From Mobula hypostoma (taxonomy: Eukaryota): a stretch of 64,000 nt of DNA. The DNA lies in assembly GCF_963921235.1 (NCBI RefSeq), contig NC_086107.1, positions 106,270,001 through 106,334,000 of the forward strand, read 5' to 3'. Shown here piece after piece: positions 28,299 to 39,612 of this stretch. The position numbers were made by a program, and so were the translations under genes. Within the stretch, counting starts at the first letter, position 1. Every line of letters starts with the position of its first letter. The notes beneath the pieces are model-generated. The model was not told the origin of the DNA, searched no databases, and worked only from the letters and a program-made list of their open reading frames with translations.

Positions 28299-30250
28299 TG
28301 GGATGAACCCTCTGTCATTAACCCCTGCAGCTCTCCAATGACCGTCAGAGTACTGACCTGTACCGGATCAATTACAAGAAGGTAGCAAGTGCGCATTCAA
28401 CCGACTGATCAATCGACTGGGCCTCCTACGCACGGGAGATACTCTTTTCATCTGCACGGGCTTTCAAGGGCGCAAGTTTTTTTTTGGCCTCTGTGGGCTC
28501 TGAGGGTCCTCACATGAGTTACCCAGCATGCACCGCAGCTAATAGGACTCAGTAAAAAACAATTAAACCTACAACTCTGCTGTGGACCTTGCTCTGCGCA
28601 TAAATAACAAATACCTACACTAGGAAGACAGTAGCTCCCCTTGCTCTCTCAAAACCGAGCACCTCCCTTGATAGTTACAAGCTCAGCACCCTCCACCTCA
28701 CAGACAGGTTAGATATATACAGGCAGGAAGATAGCTCTGCTACATAATCACATCTTTGTAAAATGCAATTATTATAGACGAGGAACTGCCCAAATGGAAC
28801 ATTATTAGTCAAAGATAGAGTCAGATTGTTCTTTGAACAAATGATTATACATATAACTAGATAGTATTTACAACCAGCTATTTAGATAGACAGGAAATCT
28901 CTGCTGCTCTTTATAATAATTAATATTGCGGATTCTGCCCGACGGCATGTTTAATTAGTGTTTACATACGGAGTTTTGTTACATCCGGAATTCCCACTTT
29001 TCTGACAGCTCCCTGCTTCCAGTCGAATCCAGCCAGCGACACGCGCGGAGGCCGCCAGTCTTCCGATTCCGTTCCAACAGGCTGCGTCCAGCAGCGGTGT
29101 CGGGGCTCGCTCCAAACCCGACGACACCCCTGGAGACGGAGAACCGAAGCAACGCGCCACAGACAACACTCCGCCTTCCGAACTGCTCAACACAGAAAAA
29201 AAAAAGGTTCTCGGTGCTGAGAGTCGCCCTAGACACACACACACACGCAAACAGGAGCAGAAACAAAACTTAACTCTCTCTCACCAAACATGTCACGATA
29301 TATACATATATAATTATTTTAAAATCTGTTGCAAAAATTAACTATTCACACCAACAACTCACTAAAAAAAATGCTGTCGCATCCAACTGCATCTCTTCAA
29401 ATTTCAGACTGAAAAAACTTGATCTACCAGTCATATTTACCAATCTTACACCAATACACTTCCAGGGTAGGGAAAGGAGGGGAATGTCATGATTAGGAGT
29501 GGGTCCGACCCACTGGGAGGATTCCATTATCACAACAGCAGCAGCGTGATTGCTCCCGTACCTGAACTCGACCAGAAACTAGAGTCTTTGAACAGCAAGT
29601 GCGTTTCACCTCAAGGAGAAAGATGGGGCAAAAGTTAGACTCCACTGATCCATCCCTTGTATAACACTAATCCTCAAAGAAAAATTAATTATTTAATGCA
29701 GGAAATAGTGACGATACTCAGCAAGGCGGGCAGCATCCGTGCAGAGAGGACACAGGAACCAACACTGGGGTACGGATGAGAGGCCATCGCCCCGGAACGT
29801 TACCGCTTCCCAGCCTTGCCTGCTGAGTAGCGCCACCATTTGCGTTATCACAGCGTTGCATGTGCCCTATTTTCACACCCCCCGCCCCCAAACTCCGCTC
29901 CAATGCAGTGACAGTTTTTACGTCAATACTTCAGCATGGCAGGAAGCAGCAAGGGACCCAGTCACACGAACACGCACGTACACTCGCTCACACGGGGGAT
30001 GCTCGAGGACCGGGCGAGCCAAAACTATCTCAAGCGTCAGCAAACAACTGCCCTCCAATCGTCAAAGAGTATTATCACTTCTCTCACAGATCAACCAATC
30101 CAAAGAGACCTTAGAGAGAATCCAAAGCCCAATGCAGCACTCCAATCCCAGGTAAAGAGCACAATGAGTCCAATCAGGCACCCCGAGACATATTAATCCA
30201 GCAAGTCCCCTGCCCGCATTTAAAAATTTAATCTTCATCACAGAAAGCTA

Positions 30251-30752
30251 CACTCAGTGGCCATTTTATTAGGTACACCGGCTCGTTAATGCAAATATCT
30301 AATCAGCCAATCATGTGGCAGCAGCTCAATGCATAAAAGCATGCAGACACGGTCAACAGGTTCAGTTGTTATTCAGGTCAAACATCAGAATGGGGGAAGA
30401 AATGGGATCCAAGTGGCTTTGACCGTGGAATAGTTGCTGGCGCCAGACAGGGAGGTTTGAGGTGATCAGGAACTGCTGATCCCCTGGGGTTTTCATACAC
30501 ACAACAGTCTCTAGTTTATAGAGAATGGTGCGAAAAACAAAATTTAAAAATCCAGCCAGCGAAGACGTCTTGTTAACGAGAAAGGTCGGCAATCGCCCAG
30601 GCTGGTTCAAGCTGACAGGAGCTCAAATAACCACACATTACAACAGAAGAGCGTCCCTGAACGCATAATATGCCAGGCCTTGAAGGGGGTGGGCTACGGC
30701 AGCAGGTGTTTGCGTGCCTACTGGGTGTGCCTAGGAAAGTGGCCTCTAAGCG
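30251..30752 (+). mobile_element. Tc1/mariner non-autonomous element
   Basis: TA|CACTCAGTGGCCATTTTATTAGGTACAC ... GTGTGCCTAGGAAAGTGGCCTCTAAGCG|TA. Confidence 0.75.
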
Positions 30753-33399
30753 TAGGTTTTCCACTCACATCCCAAGCAATCAGACTCGGCACAGAACTGA
30801 GAGAATGGAGGAACGGACATCCTGATAATTCCTTCTCCAAGCTTCTCGTACACCGCCATCCGTAACATCCCAGGCCAACTTCTGAATCATACATCCACCA
30901 CCCCCTCCCCCACAGTACCTGCGCCAGCCAGTTAAACAGACCATCTAATACATCTCAAAATTTGTCACTGATCATAGTACCTTCCAAATTCAAAGGACCA
31001 ACAATTCCATACCACGACCAACAGCTCCCACTACCCTTAGTAGCCAGCCCCCCTCCGGGATATGAGATGGTTCCACTTGCAGACCATCCTCATGGTCTTG
31101 CAGGCAGGGACAGATGGGAAAATAAGCCAAATTCGTGGAGCAGACTTGATGGGACTGAATGGCCTCACTCTGCCCCTTTGTCTTCTGGTCTAAAATAAAC
31201 TGCTGGGGGAGCTCAGCAGGTCGAGCAGCATCCGGGGGTGGGGGTGGGGGGGGGAGGAATGAGTCTTGCCTCGGGTCGAGACACTCAATCTGAAACAGCG
31301 ACAATTCCACTCCCCTCTCCACGCCGGCTGCCTGGCCTGCTGAGATTCCCTTCCACGGTCTGTGCTCATCGCCCCAGAGTCCACCATCTGCAGCCCTTCG
31401 TCTCCCAGGAAGCTCCTCGGACTGTCCCCGGAGGCAGACTGCCTCACCTGCCCACCACACCTGGCCCAACGCAAACTTGCCGATAAAGCCCCACAAAATG
31501 GTGTCTCCCTTCTGTACTACAGTAACTGCCCCCCCCCCCCGAAGCATCTACAGGAGCCAGAAGCCACTGCTCCGCACTCCATCCATTCCACAAAGGGCCA
31601 TCACCTCACCCCCATCCTTCAGCCTCACTGACTGCTGGGCCAAATGGAGAAGGGAATACGCTTGCGGGCGTCAGAATTACTTCATTCGGTGTCTCCGGCC
31701 CAGGCTGGGCTTCAGACTGGCTGGGGCAGGAATTGATGTTCTTGGGTGGGAGATTGGATCAGAGTGCTCAAGACCTTTGGAGTAAATAGTGACAGAGTGC
31801 TCTTAATTAGCATCAGCATACGAGACTGAGGGGTACACAAATTTTGGACGCAAAAGTGAGGATTTTGTTTTTAATAGACAATAACGTCATTATGGTCTGG
31901 AATTCACCAAATTAAGAAGATCTGTGCCAAAAGGAGATTTGGAAATTCTGGGAAAAGTGGCAGGCGGTCCTAATGGGTTTGCTGGACTAGAACAGGCCCA
32001 ATGGGCCACAAGTACCTTTTACGACGTTATTTTGTAACATCAAACAGAATCCAAGAACCCCACCCCACCCCCATCACCACCACTTGAACCCCCACTGCCT
32101 ACCTCCCTTTTGCTTCTGCCTCTAACACGCATCCAGAAATTAAGCAGCAGCCGGCGGACAGCCTCGCGCCCTGTCAGAGTAGGCCCGACTCCTGCAACAC
32201 GAGCCCCAATCACCTGACCACAGTAACTAAAAGCAGTGGGTGCCCGGAGATCGTGCGAGCCGGTGATCGCAGCAGTCTTAAGACAACAGGGCCTACAGGA
32301 ACCTTGGGACAACTTCCTTCCTTCCCTCCCTCCCTCCCACACCACACCCACCCCCCACCCCCAAAAACACTTCAGAACGGGCAGAGGATCAAAATGCCTG
32401 AAGGTATTGCGCAGTTTCTCACCACCAGACTTTGGAATTCTAAGGACATTGCGGGAAGGCGGGAATGCTTAAAAGGCTCCCTCAGATATCCACGGCACAC
32501 AATCTCCCACAAAGAGGCTGCGGTGACAGCAGCTAACACACATCAGTCAAGGAGGCCGGGAGGGGACAGCGGACGATGATTCCGACCATCACCCTGCCAA
32601 CCCAGCCGCACCCTCTCCTTCTCTCCCTTGTCTCCCTCCCTCCCTTTTCTCACCAAAACCCCTTCCCAATCAACTCCACACCGATTGCTTTCCAAGCCCA
32701 TTACACCCTTCCCCGTGCTAACAGAGTTCTAACTAGTGCTTTTTGCTTTTCCTTATAATAAAATTATTTGCAAAGTTAAGAAAAAAAAAATTAAATGCCA
32801 TTTTTTTTTTAAAAAAGGGCTTTGGAAAGATTTTTAGCCAGCCTGAGGTGCTGGTGCTCAGAGATAAAAGGTAGATTCGTTCCATCTTTTAAAGTGGCTG
32901 TTGTACGCTTTATATTACTAATAAAAACGGTGGCAAAAATTAAAGAGGCCTCACAAAGTTGTCAAAACAGGCAGGGCTGAAATGGCAGCTCAGCATTCCC
33001 AGGAATTCCCATCACTGCTTCCCAGTTCCTGCAACGGCAGAGTCCAGAGCTCTAACACTACGAGGTGCGGAAAGAGAAGCCAGTACCTAGAATGCGGGTG
33101 AGAGCTCGGAGGGAACGTCAAGGGAGGGGAGAGGGTCCGGTTCCGGCACTGCCGCTGGCCAGCGAACCCAGAGACAGGGGCAGTGAAGGTGGACCAGAGA
33201 GAGACCAGGAGGGCAGGGAATGGGAGGTGGGGTAACTGGGGAGGTCACAAGACCCACAGAGAATGGGCCTCCAGCGTAGGGGGAGCGGTGAGGGAAGGAA
33301 AAAGCAGACGGGATGGAGTATGTGAAAGGCGGAGGGGTCCAAGGGGAATGGATGAGGTTGTGAGACAAATAGTGAGTGGGATGCGGGATAAAGTGGGAA

Positions 33400-34150
33400 A
33401 CATGGGAGGAGAGGGTAGAGACAGATGGAGAGGTAGAGAAAAGGGGTGAGAGAAAAATGCAGAGACAGGACAGAGAGAGGCAAAGGCAGAGAGAGATTAA
33501 CAAGACAGAAAGAGATGGGGGGAGAGAGATGGCTAGAGCAAAGGTGAATAAATAATGGGGGGGGAGGAGGGAGAGAGACAGACACAGGTAAAGAGAAAGA
33601 GAAGCACAAGGTTGTGACAGAGAAAGATAGGGAGTGGAATATCGGAAACATGGGGAGGAGGGAAGAGACTGGCAGAGGAGCAGAGAACAAGAGGGAGGGA
33701 CGGACGGACGGACGGGGGGAAGAGAGAGCGAGCGAGCGAGAGAGAGAGAGGGGGAGAGAGAGGGAGAGAGAGAGGGAGGGAGAGAGAGAGAGGGAGGGAG
33801 GAAGAGAGAGAGAGGGAGGAAGAGAGAGAGAGGGAGGAAGAGAGAGAGAGGGAGGAAGAGAGAGAGAGGGAGGATGAGAGAGAGAGGGAGGATGAGAGAG
33901 AGAGGGAGGATGAGAGAGAGAGGGAGGGAGGGAAGGAGGGAGGGGAGAGACACACACAAACACAAGGAGGAGGGAGAAAAATAGAGATAGACAGAAACAG
34001 GCAAGGAACCATGCCAACCAACAAACAGAAAATGGGAGGCAGAGGCAAGGAAAAAGAGAGAGGTTGTGAGGGAGAGAGGAAGTGGGATGGAATGAGGAGG
34101 GACAGAGAGAAACAGAGAGGCAGACGCAGAGAGAGGGAAGGGGAAAGAAA
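33400..34150 (+). repeat. Polypurine compound (GA) repeat with an 18-bp unit array (GGAGGA[A/T]GAGAGAGAGAG) at about 33795-33925
   Basis: Directly visible; lies just 3' of the CBX6 stop and is CU-rich in the mRNA sense. Confidence 0.9.
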
Positions 34151-34315
34151 ATGTCAAGGAATGATACTGGACAACATTTCAATGGGAAGCGACCTCTCGC
34201 CCAGATGCGGGGGAGGATTGTGTGAGACAGGAGTGCTGGGCCATTTGGGAGGACAGTGTGATGAGGATTCCTGGGAGGGGGAGTGACAGGGTGAGGACAG
34301 GGTCGGGGGGGGGGG

Positions 34316-35185
34316 TTACTTATTTACAGCAGGGGCCTTGACGAAGTTGTCAGCGCTGCAGAACTCTTTGATGGTGACGGTGAGCAGGTTGGTGGTGACA
34401 TCTGTCACCACCACGTTGGAGCAGGGCGACATCTGGGGCCTCCAGCCCGACACCTCGGGCTCAGCGGGGGGTGTTGGTGGCGGGGGTGGGGGCCGACGGG
34501 CAGCGGCGGCCGACTCTGGGGGCAGGGAGAGGTCCAGCGCCTCGGCCTCCCGCCAGTCGGGCACAGCTGGGCTGGGGGTCTCGGCGGGTGCCTTGGCCCC
34601 GCCGCCGCCCCTCTCCCCCCCAGGGCCCGGCCACTCCAAGCCCGGTCGGGGGCCGGGGTCGCCAGGGTAACGGGGGGCAGAGGCCGGGGGCGAGGGCGGC
34701 TCGGCGCGGGAGGTGCCGGGGTCCCCCTCAGCCACCCTGCCGCGGCCGGGGATGGGCGCGTGGAAGGACTTGTCGTAGACGGAGAAGCTGTTGAACTTGA
34801 GGTGGCGGATCTGCGTGCGGAGGACGCTCTCGCTGAACTTCTTGCTCTTGCCGATGACCCGATTGCGCGAGGGGACCTTGGCCTTGCCCAGGGCCTTGCT
34901 GCCTTTGTCAATGACCTTCAGGTTGAGGATGATGCGCCCCCGCTTTCGCCGACGAGGGTCCACCTTGCGGTTGACGATCCGCACACTCTCTGGCAGCGGC
35001 AGCGGGGGCCGCGTCTGCCCGCTCAGGCCCGCCGGCTGGGTCTCGGCCCGGCCCAGGCCTCGCTTGGACGGCGGCCGGTAGCAGCGGCGGATGTTCTTTT
35101 TCAGCTTGTAGGCTGCGCTGCCAGGGCCCGGCTTCACCGAGAAGTGCATCTCTCCGATCCTCAGAGCTTCAGCTTGTGCGCGGGC
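34316..35185 (-). CDS. CBX6: CBX6 terminal coding exon 5 with C-terminal Pc/CBX box
   Basis: CCAG acceptor, then [19 protein letters not shown]...[14 protein letters not shown]...[25 protein letters not shown]...[29 protein letters not shown]...TAA. Joined CDS is 1116 nt = 371 aa plus stop. Confidence 0.96.
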   Translation of the reverse strand, partial: ARAQAEALRIGEMHFSVKPGPGSAAYKLKKNIRRCYRPPSKRGLGRAETQPAGLSGQTRPPLPLPESVRIVNRKVDPRRRKRGRIILNLKVIDKGSKALGKAKVPSRNRVIGKSKKFSESVLRTQIRHLKFNSFSVYDKSFHAPIPGRGRVAEGDPGTSRAEPPSPPASAPRYPGDPGPRPGLEWPGPGGERGGGGAKAPAETPSPAVPDWREAEALDLSLPPESAAAARRPPPPPPTPPAEPEVSGWRPQMSPCSNVVVTDVTTNLLTVTIKEFCSADNFVKAPAVNK

Positions 35186-35756
35186 CTGGTAGGGAGACGA
35201 GGGACAGCGGTTACAGACGGACAGCCCCAGCCCATTTCCCAAATCCCTCCCCCACCAAATCTCCACCATTCACTTCCTCTCGGGCAGGGACGATTTCGTG
35301 GCAAACACGTGGCACATGTGGGCCAGAGGTCAGGGCCATCTGTGACAGGAAAGAGCTGGTAATGTGCCGAGCTCTAGGAGAATCTTTGGGTCGGGGGTGG
35401 CGAACCGATGGCACATGTGTCAAATAAAGGCAAACAGTAAAAATTTGTTGGCATGCCGCATGCAGTGCTGTCCCTCGATTCATTAAACACCACCCATGAA
35501 AAGAAAGATACATAATGATCATCTTTACTGCCAAATGAAGAACCAAATACACTCCATGAAAAGTTGATAAAACTAGAACTATGAACGATAAAATTAATGA
35601 TGTGTATCGCTCGCAAAACAACCTCATACAAGGCAGATATATTTGTCATTGATAGTGCAGCAGCAAAAACCTCAGAATAATGTGTTTTTTTTCTTTCCTT
35701 GATCTTTTATGAATATGCCTCACCATCATCATATTGTGCTGTGTCTTATGACACTG

Positions 35757-36065
35757 ACAATCACGGTCTTGACCACGACTGCACTTTACAAATTTTTCTA
35801 CAGAAGTGGTTTGCCATTGTCATCTTCTGGGCAGTGTCCTTACAAGACGGGTGACCCCAGCCATTATCAATACTCTACAGAGACTGTCTGCCTGGTGTCG
35901 GTGGTCGCATAACCAGGACTTGTGACACGCACCCGCTGCTTCATGTGACCCTGATCGGGGTGCTAAGCGGGTGCTACACCTTGCCCGAGGGTGACCTGCA
36001 GGCTGGCAGACAGAAGTACCTTACACCTCCTTTGGTAGAGACGTATCTCCACCCTGCCACCCCTA
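35757..36065 (-). mobile_element. Probable RTE-mobilised SINE
   Basis: Contains CAATGGCAAACCACTTCTGTAG, resembling the BovB-type UTR segment. Confidence 0.45.
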
Positions 36066-36827
36066 CGCACCAAATATGCACATGAATATGCACCTAAGTT
36101 TATAATTTGACATTCACATTTCTTATATAGTAACAATACTACTTAAATATCACAAATACTAAAGTATGCAGCTGGAAATTCAAAGCAACACACACAAAAT
36201 GCTAGAGGAACGTCTTTGGGAGCTGCTGAGTTGCTCTAGCATTTTGTGTGCAATACTTTATTTTTATTGACATACAGCATGAGGCAGGCCCTTGCAATCC
36301 CAGCCTAATCACAGAACAATTCACAATGACTAAAGTACCTACCAACCGGTACATCTTTGGACTGTGGGAGGAAACCGGAGCACCCGGAGGAAACCCATGC
36401 GGTCACGGGGAGAACTCACAAATTCCTTACAGAATCGAACCCAGGTCGCTGGTACCGTAAACCATTGTGCCAACCACTACACTACCCTGCTGCCCCATAG
36501 ATATGGCATTACTTTATCAACTGTCTTTTTAAAAGATTAATATTAATAATTTTTGAACAGATTTTCTAAAATGCCTCATTTATTCCAATTTGTCTTTGTA
36601 ATACTCTTATACTTTTCTGGGAATAATGAAGAGACTAAAATAAGCATCCTTTTTCCTTAAGAAAAGCCCGGAATCAGATTTGTTATCACTGGCATATGTT
36701 GTCGAGTGTGTTGTTTTGCAGCAGCTGTATTTTGCAATACATATTTTTATTACAGTAATAATATATAAAATTTCAATTAAATAAGTAGTGCAAAACAAGA
36801 GGGAAAAAAGGAAAACAGATCTTGAGG

Positions 36828-37032
36828 AATTGTTGCAACACACACAAAAAATGCTGGTGAACGCAGCAGGCCAGGCAGCATCTACAGGAAGAGGTACAGT
36901 CGACGTTTTGGGCCGAGACCCCGCGTCACGTCGACTGTACCTCTTCCTATAGATGGCCGCCTGGCCTGCTGCGTTCACCAGCATTTTTTGTGTGTGTTGC
37001 TTGAGTTTCCAGCATCTGCAGAATTCCTCGTG
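36828..37032 (+). mobile_element. Penelope-derived palindromic short element (family also at about 7780-7990, 9930-10109, 14080-14650, 16034-16233, 18530-18732, 38430-38650, 39535-39815, 47665-47790, 58975-59105, 59720-59847)
   Basis: About 72-bp inverted arms (36835-36906 / 36928-37000); CTTGAGG repeated on both sides; shared TTTCCAGCATCTGCAGA terminal motif. Confidence 0.75.
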
Positions 37033-37369
37033 CTTGAGGTAGTGTTCATGGGTTTACTGTCCATTCAGGAATCTGATGGCAGAGGGGAAGAAGCTGTTCC
37101 TGGAATCGTTGAGTGTGTGCCTTCAGGCTCCTGTAGCTCCTCCCTGATGAGAAGGGGACATGACCTGGGTGATGGGGGTCCTTAATGACAGATGCCTCCT
37201 CTTTTTTGAGGCATTGCCGTTTGAAGCATAATTATTACTACTAATTCACTAATCAATGACGATCACTGGTCAAAATTACCATGGCATGCTAGAGAATGTT
37301 TCGGAAGATTAGTATGGGTGGACGCTCTCAAAAAGGCTCACCCCTCCCAAGCTAGACTGTCACTTAAAG

Positions 37370-38120
37370 CAGCGGTCCCCAACCACCGGGCCGCAGACCG
37401 GTACCAGGCTGTAAAGGAAGTGCTACCAGGCCGCGAGGAAACGATATGAGTCAGCTGCACCTTTCCTCATGCCCTGTCACGCACTGTTGAACTTGGTTGC
37501 CAACTGTCCCGTATTTGCCAGGACATCCCATATATTGGGTTAAATTGGTTTGTCCTGTACGGGCCGGCCCTTGTCCCGTATTTCCCCCGCTAAGGTAGAG
37601 CATTCCGATGAAACCTTTCGTGCCAAAATGGGTGAAGTGAAGAAGCAATTACGATTAATTTATATGGGTAAAATTTTTGAGCGTACCCAGACTCAAAAAA
37701 TAACCTAACAAATCATACCAAATAACACATAAAACCAAAAATAAGTAACACTAACATATAATGAAAGCAGGAATATGATAAACACACAGCCTATATAAAG
37801 TAGAAATAATGTATGTATAGTCCGGAAAATAAGGCAAAACCGATTTGTGGGGGGAGGGGAAATCAGCACGTACGCGCATGCGCACACAGGTGCCCGCGCA
37901 AGGCTTCATGGTCATGGTAGTCTTTCCTGGGGTAAAGTGTCCCGGGATTTGACTGCTACTTTTGTCCCTTATTTGGGAGTGAGAAAGTTGGCAACCCTAA
38001 CTGTAAACGACATGTTGAGGTGAGTTTAACCCCACTTGAACACCCCCCCGGTCAGCCGGTCCGCAAGAATATTATCAATATTAAACTGGTCCGCGATGCA
38101 AAAAAGGTTGGGGACCCCTG
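37370..38120. mobile_element. Non-autonomous hAT element, 751 bp, perfect 8-bp TSD
   Basis: TIRs CAGCGGTCCCCAACC / GGTTGGGGACCCCTG; ACTTAAAG on both sides; internal GGTTGCCAAC...GTTGGCAACC second TIR pair. Confidence 0.88.
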
Positions 38121-39575
38121 ACTTAAAGACATGCCAGCTCTGTTCCAACATCCAAAGGCCTACGGTAAAGCTCTGGAGACAATCCCAACCCCAGCAGGGG
38201 TTAACTTATAAGGAGAGGCTGGAATGATTTCCCTGGAGGAATGTTTATAGAAATTGTGAGATACGTGGATAAGGCAGACGTTTGCAACCTTTTCCCCAAG
38301 GCAGACGAGTTGAAAGCTAGAGGACACTGATTTAAGGGGGTTGGGGGTGGGGGGGGAGATTTAAAGTGCCCCTGAAAAGCAAATTTTTCCTGGGAGGGGA
38401 GGAGAATGAAGTAATAGATTTGGGCATACGACCTGACGAAGGGCCTCGGCCCAAAGCACCGACTGCTTATTCCTCTCCACAGATGCTGGGTTCCTCCAGC
38501 ATTTCGTGTGTGTCGCTCTGGTCTTCCAGAACCTGCGGAATCTCGCGTACAAGACTTTGGATCGGGGCAATAAACAATCTGCTGAACTCGGCGGGTCAAC
38601 CAGCAGCTGCAGGGGGAGAGGAACTGTCGGCATTTTGGGCCGGGGCCCTGCGTCTAAAATGAAATATGGATAGGAAAAGTTTAGGAGGGGTGTAGTCTAA
38701 ACACAGGCGAATAGGAAAGGCTCAAATAGGCATCTTACTTGGCATGGAGGGGCCTGTTTCTAGAACACAGAACTGTACAGGCCCTTCGGCCTACCTTTTA
38801 ACCTACTCCAAGATCAATCTAACCCTTCTCTCTCACTTCTTCTTACAGAAACATCTGCATGAATCTTCTTCTTACATCCACATGCTGTTTAAAAATCAAT
38901 AGGTGGTCGGAAATTTAACTTGGTTTAATGTCCGAGTAGAAAGGCAAACCAATTTTATTGGCAGTGATCACTTAATGGAGGAAACACTGACTCACAAATA
39001 TCCTTTAGGAATCTCCTTGCCCAATCTACCCAGTACATGACACTAGCCCTATTATGATTTTCCCAACAGGATGGCCAAATCAAGTGCGGGGGGGCAATAA
39101 TATCCAAAATACATCCCAATCCAACAACAGAAAGTTTCTTCTAATAAAATCTCAATTTCTTGGTACCATTTCTAACCATGAAAGCAAGGAGTTCTGCAGA
39201 TGCTGGAAATCTTGAACAACACGCACAAGATTTTGTGTGTGGCTCAAAAAGACGACACCCATCATTAAGGAACCCCATAACCCAGGTCACACCCTCTTCT
39301 CATTGCTATCATCCGGATGAGGTACAGGAGCCTGAAGACACACACTCAAAGTTTCTTTCCCTCTGCCATCAGATTTCTGAATGGACATTGAACCTATGAA
39401 CACCTCCTCACTATTTTCCCTCATTTTGCACTACGAATTTAACGTTATAATTTACAGTATTATGTTTTGCAATGTACCGCTGTCGCATAACAGATTTCAC
39501 GATATACGCCAGTGATAACAAACCTGACTCTGAAGTGCTGGGTGAACTCAGCAGCCTCTATGGAGAGGAATAAAC

Positions 39576-39612
39576 AGTCGACGTTTGGGGCCGAGACCCT
39601 TCATCAGGACTG
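39576..39612 (-). ncRNA. Minimal hammerhead motif with G12>C substitution, sense to CBX6 in intron 4
   Basis: CAGTC-CTGATGA-A-GGGTCTCGGCCC-CAAA-CG-TC-GACTG; perfect 5-bp stem I; probably inactive. Confidence 0.5.

Noticed and set aside
33087..34182. 356-aa and 354-aa minus-strand ORFs
   Set aside because: Translations of a (CT)/(GA) low-complexity tract that simply lacks stop codons.
35186..35269. N-terminal part of the 317-aa ORF (MVEIWWG...)
   Set aside because: Intronic; homology and the splice acceptor begin at 35185.
34338..35362. Plus-strand and alternative-frame ORFs over CBX6 exon 5
   Set aside because: Shadow ORFs of a GC-rich coding exon.
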